A program made the translations under genes and the position numbers. Positions 12,300 to 26,449 of a stretch of DNA of 64,000 nt are shown here, in pieces (the stretch's first letter is position 1; each line of letters begins with the position of its first letter). Source of the stretch: Iphione sp. A-MEVVRFRX5 (Eukaryota); contig OZ320315.1 in assembly GCA_976226885.1 (NCBI GenBank), positions 106,082,001 through 106,146,000 of the forward strand, read 5' to 3'. The notes beneath the pieces are model-generated. The model had not been told where the DNA came from, ran no database searches, and saw only the letters and a program-made list of their open reading frames with translations.

Positions 12300-15200
12300 A
12301 TTGTTGCTCTGGTGTACAGTTTGTAACTCCCAATGGAGGCCAATTAAAAAGACAAGGAGGCACCTGAGTTTGGTGGATGCAGGGGATGTAGACGATGTTG
12401 CCTGTCCACATCTATTCTTCAACATCAGGAGTAAAGGTTTATGGTTTGTCAGGATTTACGACAGGAAATTCCTATTTTTGATGTTCCAGTGCTATGGAAA
12501 TGATTAGTGGCACAGGTTCCCCAGGTGGAGGAGCAAAGGTTCCTGGTTCATTTGGTTTCGGAGGGGCGTCCAGCTGCTGAGGTGTCCAGCTGCACTGACT
12601 TTTCTAAGTTACTGGAAGGTGTCTGTATTCTGATACCAGCTGCCAACATTTCTTGAGCCAAGAGGGGATCCCTCTCCACCTGATTCTGAGGACAATCTTT
12701 TCTGCTTCATAGGAAGTGATATGAAGATGAATCTGTAGCAGAGGTTGTTGTAATCTAGAGAGATCTGGCTCTGGTTCAGTTTCCTTATGGACGATGGACC
12801 GATTGCCTTTTTTTATGTCATTATGACATTGTTAACATTTTTCCATTGGTGAACATCAAGTGGCCAGTGGTATAAATCCTTAATGATGGCCCTAGAGAGA
12901 GATGCTTTGGCTCATTTTCTTTGTCATTAGCTTTCAATTGGTACATGTTTCATAAAAATCTGTCAATGAGAAGTTGTTATATTTTGCTGGTCCAGCCTAA
13001 TCTATTTGCTGCTGAATGTATGCAGTATCCTTAGTTTGATCTAGTGTGTCATAGCATCCTTATTACTTTGTTTCTTCATGTGGCAATTGGTCCAGAAGGG
13101 AAGTTGCACCTTTCTTTCATCGTTGCCTGACATTTCCTCGGCCAAAATGCTGTTGCCATGAAATTGCAGGCTTCAGTTTGAAGGTACTGTGGAATGCCCT
13201 CAATGTTAGTGTTCCACCTTCTCAGATCGATGGTAGAAAGATATAAGGCTCCCTCACTAGGATGAGATGCTCTGTAAAAACCTTATGTGATGTCACTCTG
13301 TTTTCATATATCCTGAGAGAATCTCTTAAAAGAATTAGGTTTCTTCTTTACTTTTTTCCCTTCTTGTTTTATCACCTTTCCTCTCATAAGCTGTTACCTT
13401 CCAGAAATGTATTCCCTGAGTTCTTTCTTTCTCCAATAAATATCCTTTGCAGAGTATGTTGGGAGTGTTAAGGAAAAGCAGGCTTTAATCTAATTGACTG
13501 TTTATAGATTTCTTGTCTTTCTAATGTATTAGTCTTCTTACTATTCGTCTTTCTCTTGCCTTTTTCTAATCATCACCACTATTCGTTCTTCATACTTCTT
13601 CATACTCCTAAATAACCTACTTAAATTCTTTGTTTTCTTTGTCACAATCAGTGTTTTGGGGCACATTATGGGATATATTGAACAATTAATTGATTAGATA
13701 TCACCATTCATATTTAATATCATTGCTAGCCCAATATATTCCCTATGGTGATTCCTGGAGTCTAATACACTCTTCTGCTATGGAGCTGATACCAAGTTCA
13801 TTCCATGATAAACTGTACCATATGATGGTCAGATTGATGTAATTCTCTCACTCTGAAAGTGCCATGCAGTGATGTTATGACAACATCTATTATTGTATCA
13901 CTAGTCACACCGACTGTGGTACTTTAAATGTCCATAAATCATGTCATCATGTGGAGTGCTGCTTTCACAGATGGTAACTTGCCAAATAGATACAGAGCAA
14001 GTATAGATCATCATCAAACAGCACATAATACTGAGGCAAGTGACAGAATATTTAATATTTTAAGGATGGTATATTATCATCTAGGACATGTACTTGAAAC
14101 AACCATCTGGTACCTGAGTTTAGGTGCAGACCTTTGTGGGTACTCCAGTACAAGTGCAGACACATATCAGGTAACTCAGTCCAGGTGGGCATTTCTATTA
14201 TTGTTGTACCTGCCCAGCCTAAACGCACTATAGATGTCATCATCATTTAGTTCAGAAAACACAGTGTTACAACTATATTTCCTGTCAGTCTGAATGAATG
14301 TTGGTTGGAATAATGGCTGAGTAGAGACCAACGTTAGTGTGATTCTCTCCCAGACACTAACCACTATAAGATGAAACGCCGTACAAAATCCATACCCGAG
14401 TTTATGAAGCAGTGTGGGAATATCCCAAGCAGCTTGATTGTGACTAGGAACAATCAGCAGAAGGATGTTAGTCAAATTGAGTCGAAAAGAGATGACTGCA
14501 ACCGGGTGCAATGGACCATGGACAAAACATAACCGGCCATGTTGTCAGGATGGACACCAGCTATCTGAACCTGGAAGGCTCAAGCACTCATCATCCAAAT
14601 CTGTGATCAGGAGCCTAGTTAATGGGCTCCATAGTCTCTTCCTTAAAGAGGAAATACAAGGTACCATCCTGAGCAAGATTCAGGGAGTGAAAAAGAGTCT
14701 TCATACAGGAGGACATCACTCAGAAGATGCTGGAGAAGCACTTGAAACAATAGAGGATAGCTGCTGCAGCAAGGGGTTGGGTTGGAATGCTATGGTTAAT
14801 GGCCTTGACCTTTACATAGAGGATGAGAAGTGCTGGGGTTACAGAGGCCTAATATCTACCGGACGAATTAAATTCGAGATCAATTTTCAGCATTGAGGGG
14901 GTCAACTATGCTGCATTTATTATGGATGCTCCTGGCAATAACCCAGCAGAAAATTCTATAACATATCACCAAGGCAAAAGGTTCATGAATATTAATTTCA
15001 TGCTGTATCATGAGAAAGCATGCATGTCTGATAACACCAATGTGGCACAAAACATAAACAAAGTAAAATCTAGTCTGGAAGCTAAAAACCTTGGAGATCA
15101 AGTGGAATCACCGGAAAAATGGAAAGAAAGTATAAAAGTAACCCTGAGGGAACTTCTACTGAGCAAACACAACCTAAACAAAAGGCATTGCACTTTATTT

Positions 15201-16320
15201 CTTAGCACTGGAAATTGCATTCTCTATTTCACTGACAATCACAGCATGTTAGGTACAGGAATACCAGTGTCGAAATATAAACCAGGTTTTCCAATCACCA
15301 CAGAGCAGAATTTACTGGGTGAGATGCTAGTAGAGATCCGATCACCACTCAAGGGTGGTCCCAGGGGATAAATATGATCTTTTGAGGTGTTGTGATGCAG
15401 ATCGTGCCAGTATCTTCGTTTGATGGCAAATCTATACTTTGAACCATATACCATGGTAGGGCTGGGATACCTGGCCTCGCTGGAATGGTCAAATATGTCT
15501 GAATATAGGTATATTGTACCTGAAGTCTTGTTTGCAAGTGAGTGGCTATGCATGTTTATTTTCCATCTAGAGTACTTGATCGTGACTCCTTCAATAATGC
15601 TTGACCCTCTGAGGCTCAGGGTGTTGATCGTATGTGACAAAAAGACTGCAAAGGCGATAAATCATATGAAGCACGAAGATCTTCCGCCATCTACGATACA
15701 TGTAATCAAGGTAAAACATGCGACCTTTAATTGGCTGTTGATCAACAAACTATATGTGGACACATCAACATACCACATCATTAGCCGCTGCATCGGGACC
15801 TATGACATGCTTAGGTGTGACATGGGTCAGTGGACTGTGGTCCCAAGGCAACAGCTAGGGTACAAGCATAGACTGCGCTTTTTCCTAGACCAGTTAACTA
15901 ACATAAGAAGCAGTCCGAGTCTAGCTGGGCCAATCTTTGTCTGTTCCACCACACTGGGAGCATATCCAGTGTATCTGGAACCAGACATTGAGGATGGGGG
16001 AGAACTGACCAAGCAGCAGTAGCAGTGTACTATGGTGTAATATAGTGCAGGGAGGTATTGTGTTAGGAGTTGCAGACCGGACACACCTGTCTTGGATCTC
16101 AAACAGGGGGCTGTTTTGATTAATACTGACTTGCTCGGTGAAGATTGGTTACAGGTGATACCAAGTGTATATGATGGCTGAGCCAGAAGTATTGCTGCTA
16201 CTATTACTAGTTTGGCCCAAGAATGGATACAAAAGTTTCTACATCAAGAGTCTGCCAAAACAGATAGTCAGTGAGTGACCAACCAGATAGTGGTAATCAT
16301 GTTGAGTGGTTCTGAGTGAC
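12300..16320 (-). pseudogene. Degenerate coding-like region, probably retroelement accessory genes; product unassigned
   Basis: One minus frame is largely open from 16102 to 15239 with few stops. 15962-16020 resembles 28150-28210 and 58745-58800, which sit behind a Gypsy integrase fragment. Boundaries approximate. Confidence 0.3.
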
Positions 16321-17739
16321 TGTCGAGACTTATGTTGGGATCAGTAATACCATATATTCTGTATTATTTGTATAAACTAGAGCTAGATATTATGAAGCTA
16401 TCAATGAGCAAAAAGATAGCACCGTTATTTTCTAACTTAAACTTTTACACATGTTTGATCCTGCATTAGATTTATATTAACTTGACAGGCAGGCATGCTG
16501 GGCATTGTCAGCTGGACATTTTGCTCTTCTATCTAATTCTGACTCATGATTATTGTTAGCATTACTGCCTCATCTATTTTCGACTCGTGACTTTGTGTTG
16601 TGACAAAGAATCTATGAACATTGAGTTGGATAAAGAGTATAACAATGCAGTTTGGATAGAGTGTATACCAATCGAGACTAACCTGTTCTTACATATCAAT
16701 TGAAACACGAGGATCTTCCGCCATCTACGATACATGTTATCAAGGTAAAACATGCGACCTATAGTCGGCTGTTGATCACCATATAGAGTGTATACCAATC
16801 AAGACTAACCTCTTCTTACTTAACAGGCTTGATGTTTACAATCTCACAGATATTTTATTTTTGCTGTGTATTCAGCTGTGTTAATATCCAAGGGTATATT
16901 TCAGAGATTGGTAACTGTAGCTACGCAACTCTTAGCAGCTGCTATAGATTGTTGTGTATACAAATAACATAAGGCCCTTTGTATTGCTGTGGCTAACATG
17001 TATAAATGACATTACTCATGATTCCTGTGCTGCCTGAAACAATGCACTGTATTATTTTAAGTGTTTGATCTATGACTGGATGAGGGGAATTTGAAACTGT
17101 TCCAAGAATGTATGCTGGTGTTTGCATGGAATATTATGCTATTCAAGTGATAATCTATCCGAGACACAAAGTCGGTATATTTTGATCCTCATTAAATGTC
17201 TCTTGAACCCACACACCTTGCTTTCTGTACTTATTTTGTAATAATTACAAAACATACAGTCCTCAAGTATCCTTTTTACCCAAGAAAGCAACAATATTAG
17301 TACCCATCTATCATGTGTACATAAACCAAAGCTGTTTAATTTGGTACGTTTATTATCTCATATGGGAACCACAAACTATAATTCAGTAGTTGGTGGTACC
17401 CGGGGCTGTGGCTATATCCTCATACCTGGTACTATGACCAATGTGAGGTGCTCTGGCAGGGTATCACCCCAAACTTTTCTATTGCATAAATTGATAACAC
17501 ATTTCTAACTACAGTCAGAAGTCCCTTTGTGGCTATGTCAGGGATGCGGACACTTCCTCAATGTGGATGATTTGTATCAGAACCAAAGTGTTTCCTATAG
17601 TGTACTCAGTGATCTATAATCAGGACACTTCTGAATTTCAGACGATTTGAAGCAGAACGAAGGGTGTCCGTAATCAGGACATCCGAGTGTACACTATTAA
17701 GTTAGACTATTGCCTATCATGGTGGGAGGGGAGTTGAAT

Positions 17740-20000
17740 AATCATATACAGCGCGGGAAGTATAGTTAGGAAGGTAAGGGATTTTGAAGTAAAATTGATA
17801 TCTGCCCCGTGACGGAAACTTGGCTAGATAAATGGGTTAAAACTAGTGACATCAATATTGAGGGGTATGACTGTGTAAGGCTAGATACAAGATCTACATG
17901 TAAGGCAATGAAAAGTTATGAGCCGATTGTGATCTTTCAATGGAAATGAGCCAGGCAGTGATATTATGGGTCAGGATAAAGTGTGGCAAACATAAACCAC
18001 TAAATGTTGTAGGCATATACAGGCCTCCTAGTGACAAAATGTCTAACTCAACAAAGGCCATAGAGCAAATGGTCTTGATTTATCTAAAGAAACCTACAAA
18101 TGATAATGTTATCATGGGTGACTTGAACTTTGAAGCCTCATGGCCTAAGAGTGTGTCTAGTCTACTAAGTCGGATGGGGTATGTACAGCTGATAGATACC
18201 CAAACTATGCTCCTTATTGACAGAAGCCTTCATCACATATGGATAAAGAGGTGTTCTGTATCTGTTCGTTCCTAAGTGACCATGTACCAGTGGGTATCGT
18301 CCTCACGAAAGGGGTACAAACGAGCAGTGGGGTAACCAAAATAATAAGGAAATGGAGTAATGTAAACATAGACAAACTGCTCACTGAAATAAGAGAGAAC
18401 AGATTTCTGGTAAAGGAGGGGGACCATAAGGAGAGTTGGGATAAGGTTGCTGACTTCATTATTTACTATTATAAACATAGTCTGCCCTGCCAAAGAAGGC
18501 AAATCATGCACTCAGCAGGATGGTTTTAGGCCAAGTTCATCTCTGAATGAATGGACGGATCACCAGCAGCAAAAGTAACGGGTAGCGCAGATGTCACTTT
18601 TATGAAATTGTGACATTGTCTCAATTTTAAGCAATCTCCTTGGTCAATTCATGTCATGACATATTAATTCGTAAAAGTTACACCTGCACTACCTGCTTCC
18701 TTCATGGCTGGCAAATGGTGTCATAATGGTAATGATGATATGCATATCCTTTGGTTTCTAGATCGTAAAGTAAGGAGAAGTCTTGATCATGAATAGACAA
18801 AGTACTTGCAGTCCAAATTCAAATCCGTAGTGGGGGACTCGAAAAAAACTTGGATGCTAATCAATACGCTATCTGGTGAATCATTCATTGCCTGATTGTC
18901 TGATACTGAGAATCCAAAACCGATGGTGTGAGCCTTGTGTCAAAATTCAACCAATACTTCGTAGATATAGTAGGAAGGCTAGATGCCAATATAGGATATG
19001 AATGAAAAATGTTGAGTAGTCAGAAGATGCATACCTTCGATCCTGTCCCTCCGACTCCACTAGAAGTAAGATCTTTGATCTCCAAGGTAAATTATGTCAA
19101 CATATCCTCAGGCATCGATGAGTCTACCAATGAGCATTCTATGAGAATTCCGGATTTCGTACCCTTGCTTTTTTGCTGGGCAAGCTGTGTGAAGCCTTGT
19201 TTACACCTATGCCTATACATTGAGAGGCACAAGCTGTTGAGCAACTCCCAGCATGGCTTCTGGCAGGGGAGATGTACCAAAACAGGAATTGTATCCCTCA
19301 TCGATGGGGCACAAGATCAGCTAAACAAGGATGAATATGTATGCATAGTTGTGTTTGACCTACGAAAAGCCATCGGTCTTGTGCTTTATCAATCAATCCT
19401 AGACACGCTTTTGGCTATGGGTGTTGGACTAGAACTCAAAAGCTAATAATACTTGACAGATAGGGCACAATATATACAATTTAATTGGGAATTCTCTATT
19501 GATATGCTCAGGGTCCGCCACAATGTCCAGAGAGCTTTAAACACAATATCAGGCTGGTACCAATGTGAATCTTCCATTCTGAGTAAGGAAAAATGCATAT
19601 ATATATTTATATATGCCCTTGGGAAAGGTGACCGGGGTTGGGACAAAGCTACAGATGGTAACAAGCTGTAAGCTTCTAGGGTGTTACCTTGATGCCAAAC
19701 TGAGAGTCCGTCGTGCACTCAAATATTTTAACAGGCAATGTGGGGGGAGGGGGGGGGGGAGACAGCCATGCGCATTAGTAGTTTCTCCCACTATGTGCTA
19801 GGCAGCTTCTATTCAACATATAGGTGATGATGCATGTACGTTTCCACTTCCTACTGCTTTTTGGAATGTCCAGGTCCAACATTGTATGCCTTTAGATTTA
19901 CACTAACCATGGTGCACAGGTTACACTACGAACTGGGCAGTTTCTGATGGGTAGACATATTAATGTTAAACTTTGGTATCCTGACAGTGGCAGATATAGT
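17740..20000 (+). mobile_element. Decayed CR1/L2-type LINE ORF2 (APE + RT)
   Basis: APE motifs VTETWL (frameshifted), VVGIYRPP, IMGDLNF, SDHVP; RT motifs LSNSQHGF and VFDLRKA. Many lesions; end approximate. Confidence 0.75.
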
Positions 20001-22983
20001 GGCATTAAAGGGGTCCAAACAATCCATAGACAAATGTCCCTAGGCCTATCAAATCAAAAAGTACCACTAGAACGGCTTATTGCTACAAGTTTGAGGAGAG
20101 GCAGCATACTCTCTATGCCTTCAGACCCTGAGGGCATAGAGAAGGCATTAACAGAGTACTGGAGCAGTTTAGCAGGCCTGGAATAGTTCCAGTACAAACA
20201 CTTTAGTTACTTACCAGTGTGCTTCGCACGATTTTTTATTTTTCAAACTTTGACACTTGATGGCTCTAGTGTTGCCAAAGATTACCTCCCAGAATGCAAA
20301 GTTAAAATGGCAGTTCCCCCACCTCCCAGAATTCAGTGGAACCAAACCGGAACTTCCAGAATGATGCCTTTTTTATATATGTAGGTAATGATCCAATAAC
20401 ATCTCTGACCACTCATTCGGGACATAACCTCTGGGACCTGTGCTCAAAGAGGAGGCAAACCTGCCTCTACCACATTATGAAAGTAAGGTTGCTTAGCTAT
20501 GTTTCACATTCATAATAGACACCCTTAGCTAAGGTACATTTGAATCCTTTCGGCACAATGATAGAGCAGATTTGTATACATAACATGCAGTATAGTTTAT
20601 TCAACTGTACCATGTATAGATTTTGAATGTAAACATTATATAATTTCTTGAGCAAAGCTATATCAATTGTTTGAGTCAGAGACAGAAAGCCTTGTTCTAC
20701 ATACTATAGACATAAATTGGCATAATATTTATAGATTTTGCAAAATGCTATACCAGTTTACAGTGAGATCCTTCAGCCTCTGTAATGCGCCCTCTACCTG
20801 CTTCGCCTCCCATTTCTTAACAGGTCCTATCTCATGGTTCTTTTCTAGTTCTCCCTCTTCTGTTGCTCCCTGATCATGTTGTCCAGCAGCAATCTTGACC
20901 TTAGCACACTGACAAGCACTTTGACTTCACTAACCTTCATTGCAACTATGTATAACAACTGCATATCATTGCAGTTGTATTTCATCAACCAGATACTTCA
21001 TCATCCATACAACATTTCAAGAAACGGATCCACTCCAGATAACGAGGTTTGCCTGTATATATATATATATATGTTTGTACCATTCAGGACAAAGGATTGC
21101 ATTCAATGAACTTGTACATACCTAGCTAGTAAAATTCAATGTCTCTTATTTCATTGACATTATGTACAGATATCTCTTGCAAGTTCAAAGTTCAAAGTAT
21201 CTCCCATTACAATGAGCTTTTAAAGATCTGTATTTTAAAAATATATAAAATACATAGAATACAAAGCTGTGGCTATAACCAGTAATCCAAACACTTTGGA
21301 TGAGGTCTGTCCCATATATGGAATTTTAGAGAAAGCACAAATACTGGCACCTCCATAACATTGTCATAAATGCCTTATATATCTTGCCTCATAAAGGCAA
21401 CTGTGATTTTTTATGTGTTGAAATCTTGGATAATTATGACTAAACAAGTAGAGCTTATAAGACATGATAGTCCATTTATTTGAGGTAATGTTGTATACAA
21501 GGGTTTACAGCATACATTCATAAGAAATTGAAGGATATATTTATACACTGAATAGAGAATATAAGAAGAGTGATCAATTCATGAGAATATTTGTCTTGAT
21601 AAGTTGGTTATAACTGCCTTCCCTAAACATCCTCCATGTGTTGCATGACAAGAATATTGTATTCATATTTATTTTTGCATACAGTATGAAAGAGAAACCC
21701 TTAAGTTGACATTTTGTTGTAGTCTATCAAACATGAAAATTCATTAATAAGGGGCATTTTCATATTTTTAAAAGTCTTTACATGAATAGTGACTAACATT
21801 AAAGAGATAATTGGAAGACAGAACCTGACAAAAATGCAACTGAAACCCTTCAAAACGCAAAAACCAATTCATGAATTAGACAAGCAAGTAAAGAACACTA
21901 TGTATGATCATTTGGACATTTAGCTCCTTAACATAACTAGTATCCAATTACAATATTCTCAGTGTATATATACAATGTAGCCTTCATAAGTAGTGATTCT
22001 CATAACTATGAGCAATAGACATTAATTTATTTCATGTAACCCTTCCTTCTAGACCAATATATACAACTTAACTCCCTTATGTAGAAGAGATGTATTGACA
22101 GTGAATTTCATAGGAAATGGAATTCAGAAATTCAATGGGAAGTGCACAAGAAATGATCTGGATAACTTGAAAATAATTCATCTGCAAAATCATGTAAAGT
22201 ACTTCTATCAATGAGAAAAGCTAGTTTCAAGTGTCCTGTGGGGGAGCTTGACTGTACCTATGGTGTATTTAGATGCCATGCTATGCTAAGAAAAATCGCA
22301 TAATGGCTGAAAAAATCTGTTTCAAGTAGGAAGATGTTTCAAATGATATATGACATATCAGTTCTACTGCTAGATTTTAATGAAACTTGTGTCAAATAGA
22401 AGCATCAAATACCAGCTTGTAACCCAAGGAACACAGTAGGGTATTGTATGAGATATGAACAAAAAAATGAAACAGCAAGGAGTACTTAGACAAAAACAAG
22501 GGTTAGTTTGTTTATTACAAAACTGATAATCTTATATTAGGCCTAAGCAATGTATATATATATATTTATGAATATAAATGTAGCTGGGCCTCCAACCTGC
22601 AACAGAATATGTTAGCACACTATTGAGTTTAGAGATAAATATTTACAGAGTTTTTGTTAATAAGCAATCAAAACTGATAAAACTTTCATATTGATTTATA
22701 CAAGAACAATACAGCATGGAACAATTAGGAAATCAACTTAGTTCAGATGTTTGACCGTTTTATGTAATGGTGCTGAGAGGCTTAGAAATTTTGCAAATAC
22801 ACTTATGCTTGACTGCTTAGGTATGTCTCAGGTCTAAATTCATTACAGTGCAAATTTGCCTGCAAAAGTTTAAGGATTTCAGTGGTGCTACCAATCCAAA
22901 GCAAATATGTCTAATTCTGCAAGCAATGCATCAATGATTGACTTATCAACATTTATAGGTATAGAATTCTAAGTTCTTTATCT

Positions 22984-24180
22984 CTATATTTCAAGATCTT
23001 CATGAGTACTTTTCCCAATTGATGGAATTAGACTAAAAATAATGGCTACCACAATAAACATACTACCAACAATTTCCAAGGTATTCATTCGACCTCTTAG
23101 CCCAACATCCCTAATGTTATACTGAATTAGAAGAAGTATTACAATAGAAAAGCTCTGAATAAGACCCACTTTACTGGGTGGTATCAACTGGCAAGCCACA
23201 ATGGACAAAATCCATGCCAAGCTTGCTCCAAAGCAATGGGCAATTAACAATACAACTTGAGTCATGTTAAGGAACAGTACTGGCTGCTCAACATAAAAAG
23301 AGAGCACTAGGGAAAAAATAGCACTTGAAATGGAATAATACAAGGTCAATGATATTGGACTAATGGAAGTGTCTTCAGCAATGACAAAATAGATAAAAGC
23401 CTCAACATTACCAGATAGGATCATAAGGATGTAGCCTGTGATGATAACCCAAATGACTGTGGATGATAACTGCTCATTGTGCTTGTTGATAGATGATATC
23501 ATTACATTAATCCTTGGGGCATTATAACCAGGAGTGACAGCAGTTGTAATATTTTCAGTTCGTCCAGTAGTTGCAGATGACTGGTAAAGCTCACTCTTCC
23601 ATACCATAGACAGATTGATATCATTAGCTGTGGCTTGGTCAACATTATTAATATTTTCTGGTATGTCATCAATAGTAACATTTAAATAGGTTGGAACAAA
23701 TCCCTCAGAGAAAGTCCTCCATGGTTGGCAGATCAGTATTGATCCTTGAACACATATGATGATAGCAAGTAATGTAACTGAATTGACTATGTTTGTCCCA
23801 TTTGCATTGTTAGCCAACCATTTAGTCAGGATAACCTGGGTGAGTAGTGCTGAAGTAATGAATGTAGCATATGCATCGGTGAGAGGAATCATGGCAGCTC
23901 CAGCATAAAAAACTATATTACTGAAGGTAGCTGAAAGGCTCACTTTTATGATCAGAATGATATGAGTCCTTATCATTAAAGGATTGCTTTGATGCATAGC
24001 TAGTGCTATTAAAGCAACAATAAATTCCATAATGAACCGGTAAAAGCTTAGTTGGAAGTCAGGAATAGCTCTTTCCAATTGCTGTACAGCTGCAAGAGAT
24101 AGACAGTATCCAAGCAGGCCTACAAAACAGGCAGCATAGGTGACTATTTCTTGCCTACAGTATCTTTCAAGGAATTTCAT
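22984..24180 (-). CDS. EamA/DMT-superfamily multi-pass transporter, SLC35G-like (paralog 2), single coding exon
   Basis: Open 422-codon ORF; track start 24252 is TTG, first ATG at 24180. Co-linear with paralog 1 (e.g. CLSLAAVQQLER.IPDFQLSFYR, LICQPWRTFSEGFVPTYL, GRMNTLE). 3' and upstream flanks are also homologous. Confidence 0.8.
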   Translation of the reverse strand: MKFLERYCRQEIVTYAACFVGLLGYCLSLAAVQQLERAIPDFQLSFYRFIMEFIVALIALAMHQSNPLMIRTHIILIIKVSLSATFSNIVFYAGAAMIPLTDAYATFITSALLTQVILTKWLANNANGTNIVNSVTLLAIIICVQGSILICQPWRTFSEGFVPTYLNVTIDDIPENINNVDQATANDINLSMVWKSELYQSSATTGRTENITTAVTPGYNAPRINVMISSINKHNEQLSSTVIWVIITGYILMILSGNVEAFIYFVIAEDTSISPISLTLYYSISSAIFSLVLSFYVEQPVLFLNMTQVVLLIAHCFGASLAWILSIVACQLIPPSKVGLIQSFSIVILLLIQYNIRDVGLRGRMNTLEIVGSMFIVVAIIFSLIPSIGKSTHEDLEI

Positions 24181-24903
24181 TGCACTTCTTGATATCGAAC
24201 AGTTGTTATTAAGTGCTAAAGAGACCTTGTAATCCAGGGAAACTGATGTCAATGGTGCTTGCAGAGAAAACTTATCTTCAGCTAATGACGCATTTGTAAA
24301 ATAGAGAAGATCCTGGAAAAGACAGTAAATTAGTTTCAGTTATTTACATGCATGACTTAATGGGAAGGAGACAAGTAAGGGTTAGTTTAGCCTGGAGCCC
24401 TTAACTATGGAACATAATTATGCAATATGGATGGTTAATAAAAAGTAAAATCGTTGGTAAAACTGACAACAAAAGTAGTCTACATCAGATGACTCAGGTA
24501 TCGGAGTACTAAGAAACCTTTATATGACATTATGATTACTCTCTTTTAATGTAGTGCCAGTTGTCACAGCATTGCAGTATGCTAACTCAATATAGTTATT
24601 TCAAATAAGTTTTTATTGCAAATCATACAGGAATCCTCATTAGCATATCTATCAGTCAATTGTATCATGCAATGAATCATTAATCATATATATAAAATGA
24701 ATAAGATATTGTAATATTGTGTTATACTGTGATATGTATTTAATAAGGATGCCTTACAGGAGGGCTTGGTGACCAGTGTAAATATGAGTATTGCTGTATT
24801 GCCACTGTATTGTTGTTTTGCCACAGTATTGCTACATTGTGGGGGCAGTATTGCCCGGTATTGCCATGGTATTGGCTTGGTATACAATGAGGCAGAGGGG
24901 TAT

Positions 24904-25414
24904 TGTAACATGTCCCTTGTCTTCAGAAAGGATGGCTTTCATGAAATAAAGAATGTCCACACAGAGTTTATGTGCTAGTTGTGCTCAATTCCAATCTTGG
25001 ATGATAACGGTCTTCATTCAGAAAATCTGGGCCCTTATATATAGAGACTGGCTCTAAAATAAGCCATGGTAAGCCTTAAAATAGTAACATAACACCCTCC
25101 CTCCACGGATCATTCTGGAGGGATGCTTCTCGAACCTTCTTAAACATGCTTAATACACACTGCCTCCAACTTGGAGGAGTGTGTGGAATGTTCTACCCAC
25201 CCCACACCACAGGTGGCCTTTTTCGGAGATCCTCCGAAACCCTCTTGATGCGCATTTTAGTTAACACACAATTCCGATACACTACAGTATAAATAAACCT
25301 GAGTTGTTATTTCAGTTGTCAGTTGCTTGTTAAACTTCATGGAATAAGCATCAAAACCAGATTTACTTGTTGACCTTATTTATCCATCAATGCTTCGGCG
25401 GAGTACATGTAACA
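24904..25414 (+). mobile_element. LTR (511 bp), solo or 3' LTR
   Basis: TGTAACA...TGTAACA termini; flanks GTAT/ATAT (imperfect 4-bp TSD); TATAAATAAA at 25288; purine run GAGGCAGAGGGG just upstream could be a PPT. The 5' part is homologous to 46493-46933. Confidence 0.65.
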
Positions 25415-26449
25415 ATATCAGTAGGCATGAAAATAATTACAGTATATACTGTGGCACTAACTACAGATCATCATCATCCCTACTGGTCAAATATATTGCA
25501 AATATCTGTCTAAGTGCTGGGATTAGTAGTGAATATTTATCAGGTATCTACTGAGTTTTTTTTATAATTCTAACATTGGTAAAAACTGCTGTTAAATATT
25601 GCTTCCCATATACACATGTATGTATATATATATATATTGTTATATAATTTTGAAGGTGGCGATATAACAGCTAAGTTTAATAAGATTGGGTTTAATAGAC
25701 TTTCTTGAAATTATTGTCATAACATTAACATCTGTAATAGATTGTTGAATTGTTGTGCCTTCAGTACAGGAGCAGTCTTGCTAGGAAGCCGAGCCATGCT
25801 TATACTTTAAAGAGTGTCTTTTCTAAATGTGAAAGTGCCTTGGTTTACCATCCATGACCTAATGGCTCCATCATTGTGTAAGGCCATGTGGTGATGTCTC
25901 ACACTGTAACTGTATTCTAAAGACTTCAATACTATCCTTCAGCATGGTGATGTTTCCCTACTTAATCGTATCTATATGTTGGTGATGCTTTACAACCATG
26001 ACTTACCTAAATACTTTGCTTTCTGTGAACTTTCCTAGAAGTTATCAAGTACCTCTTGTGTTCCCTGACTAAATACTGCAATTAACAAAGTTGAGTATTA
26101 GAAAATATCTAATTATCATCTTATAACCTCTTATGGTATATCTTGGAAGCAGGTGTTGTGACTGAGAAAACAAAAACAGTATGTAACTTGTTACTTTGAT
26201 TGGACCTATTATGCGACCACCACTATATGCACAGTTGCCATTTTCTTAATAAAAAGGCACTCCTTGCATTTTGAGAGGACACCCAGCAGAGTTCTGCACC
26301 TGCAGTGAATGAGATATTGTGTCTGGAAGTTCTTTATTCCTTTGCTACTAGACTTTAGTACATTAATCATTAAACCAGGCTCACCTTACAGTTTTATGAA
26401 TGAAATGAAACTGAGACCAGATCAGTTACAAGAACTAAGCTAATATAAG

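Noticed and set aside
20600-21050. Possible PIF/Harbinger transposase N-terminal remnant on the minus strand
   Set aside because: Only vague resemblance across several stops and shifts; no catalytic motifs or TIRs seen.
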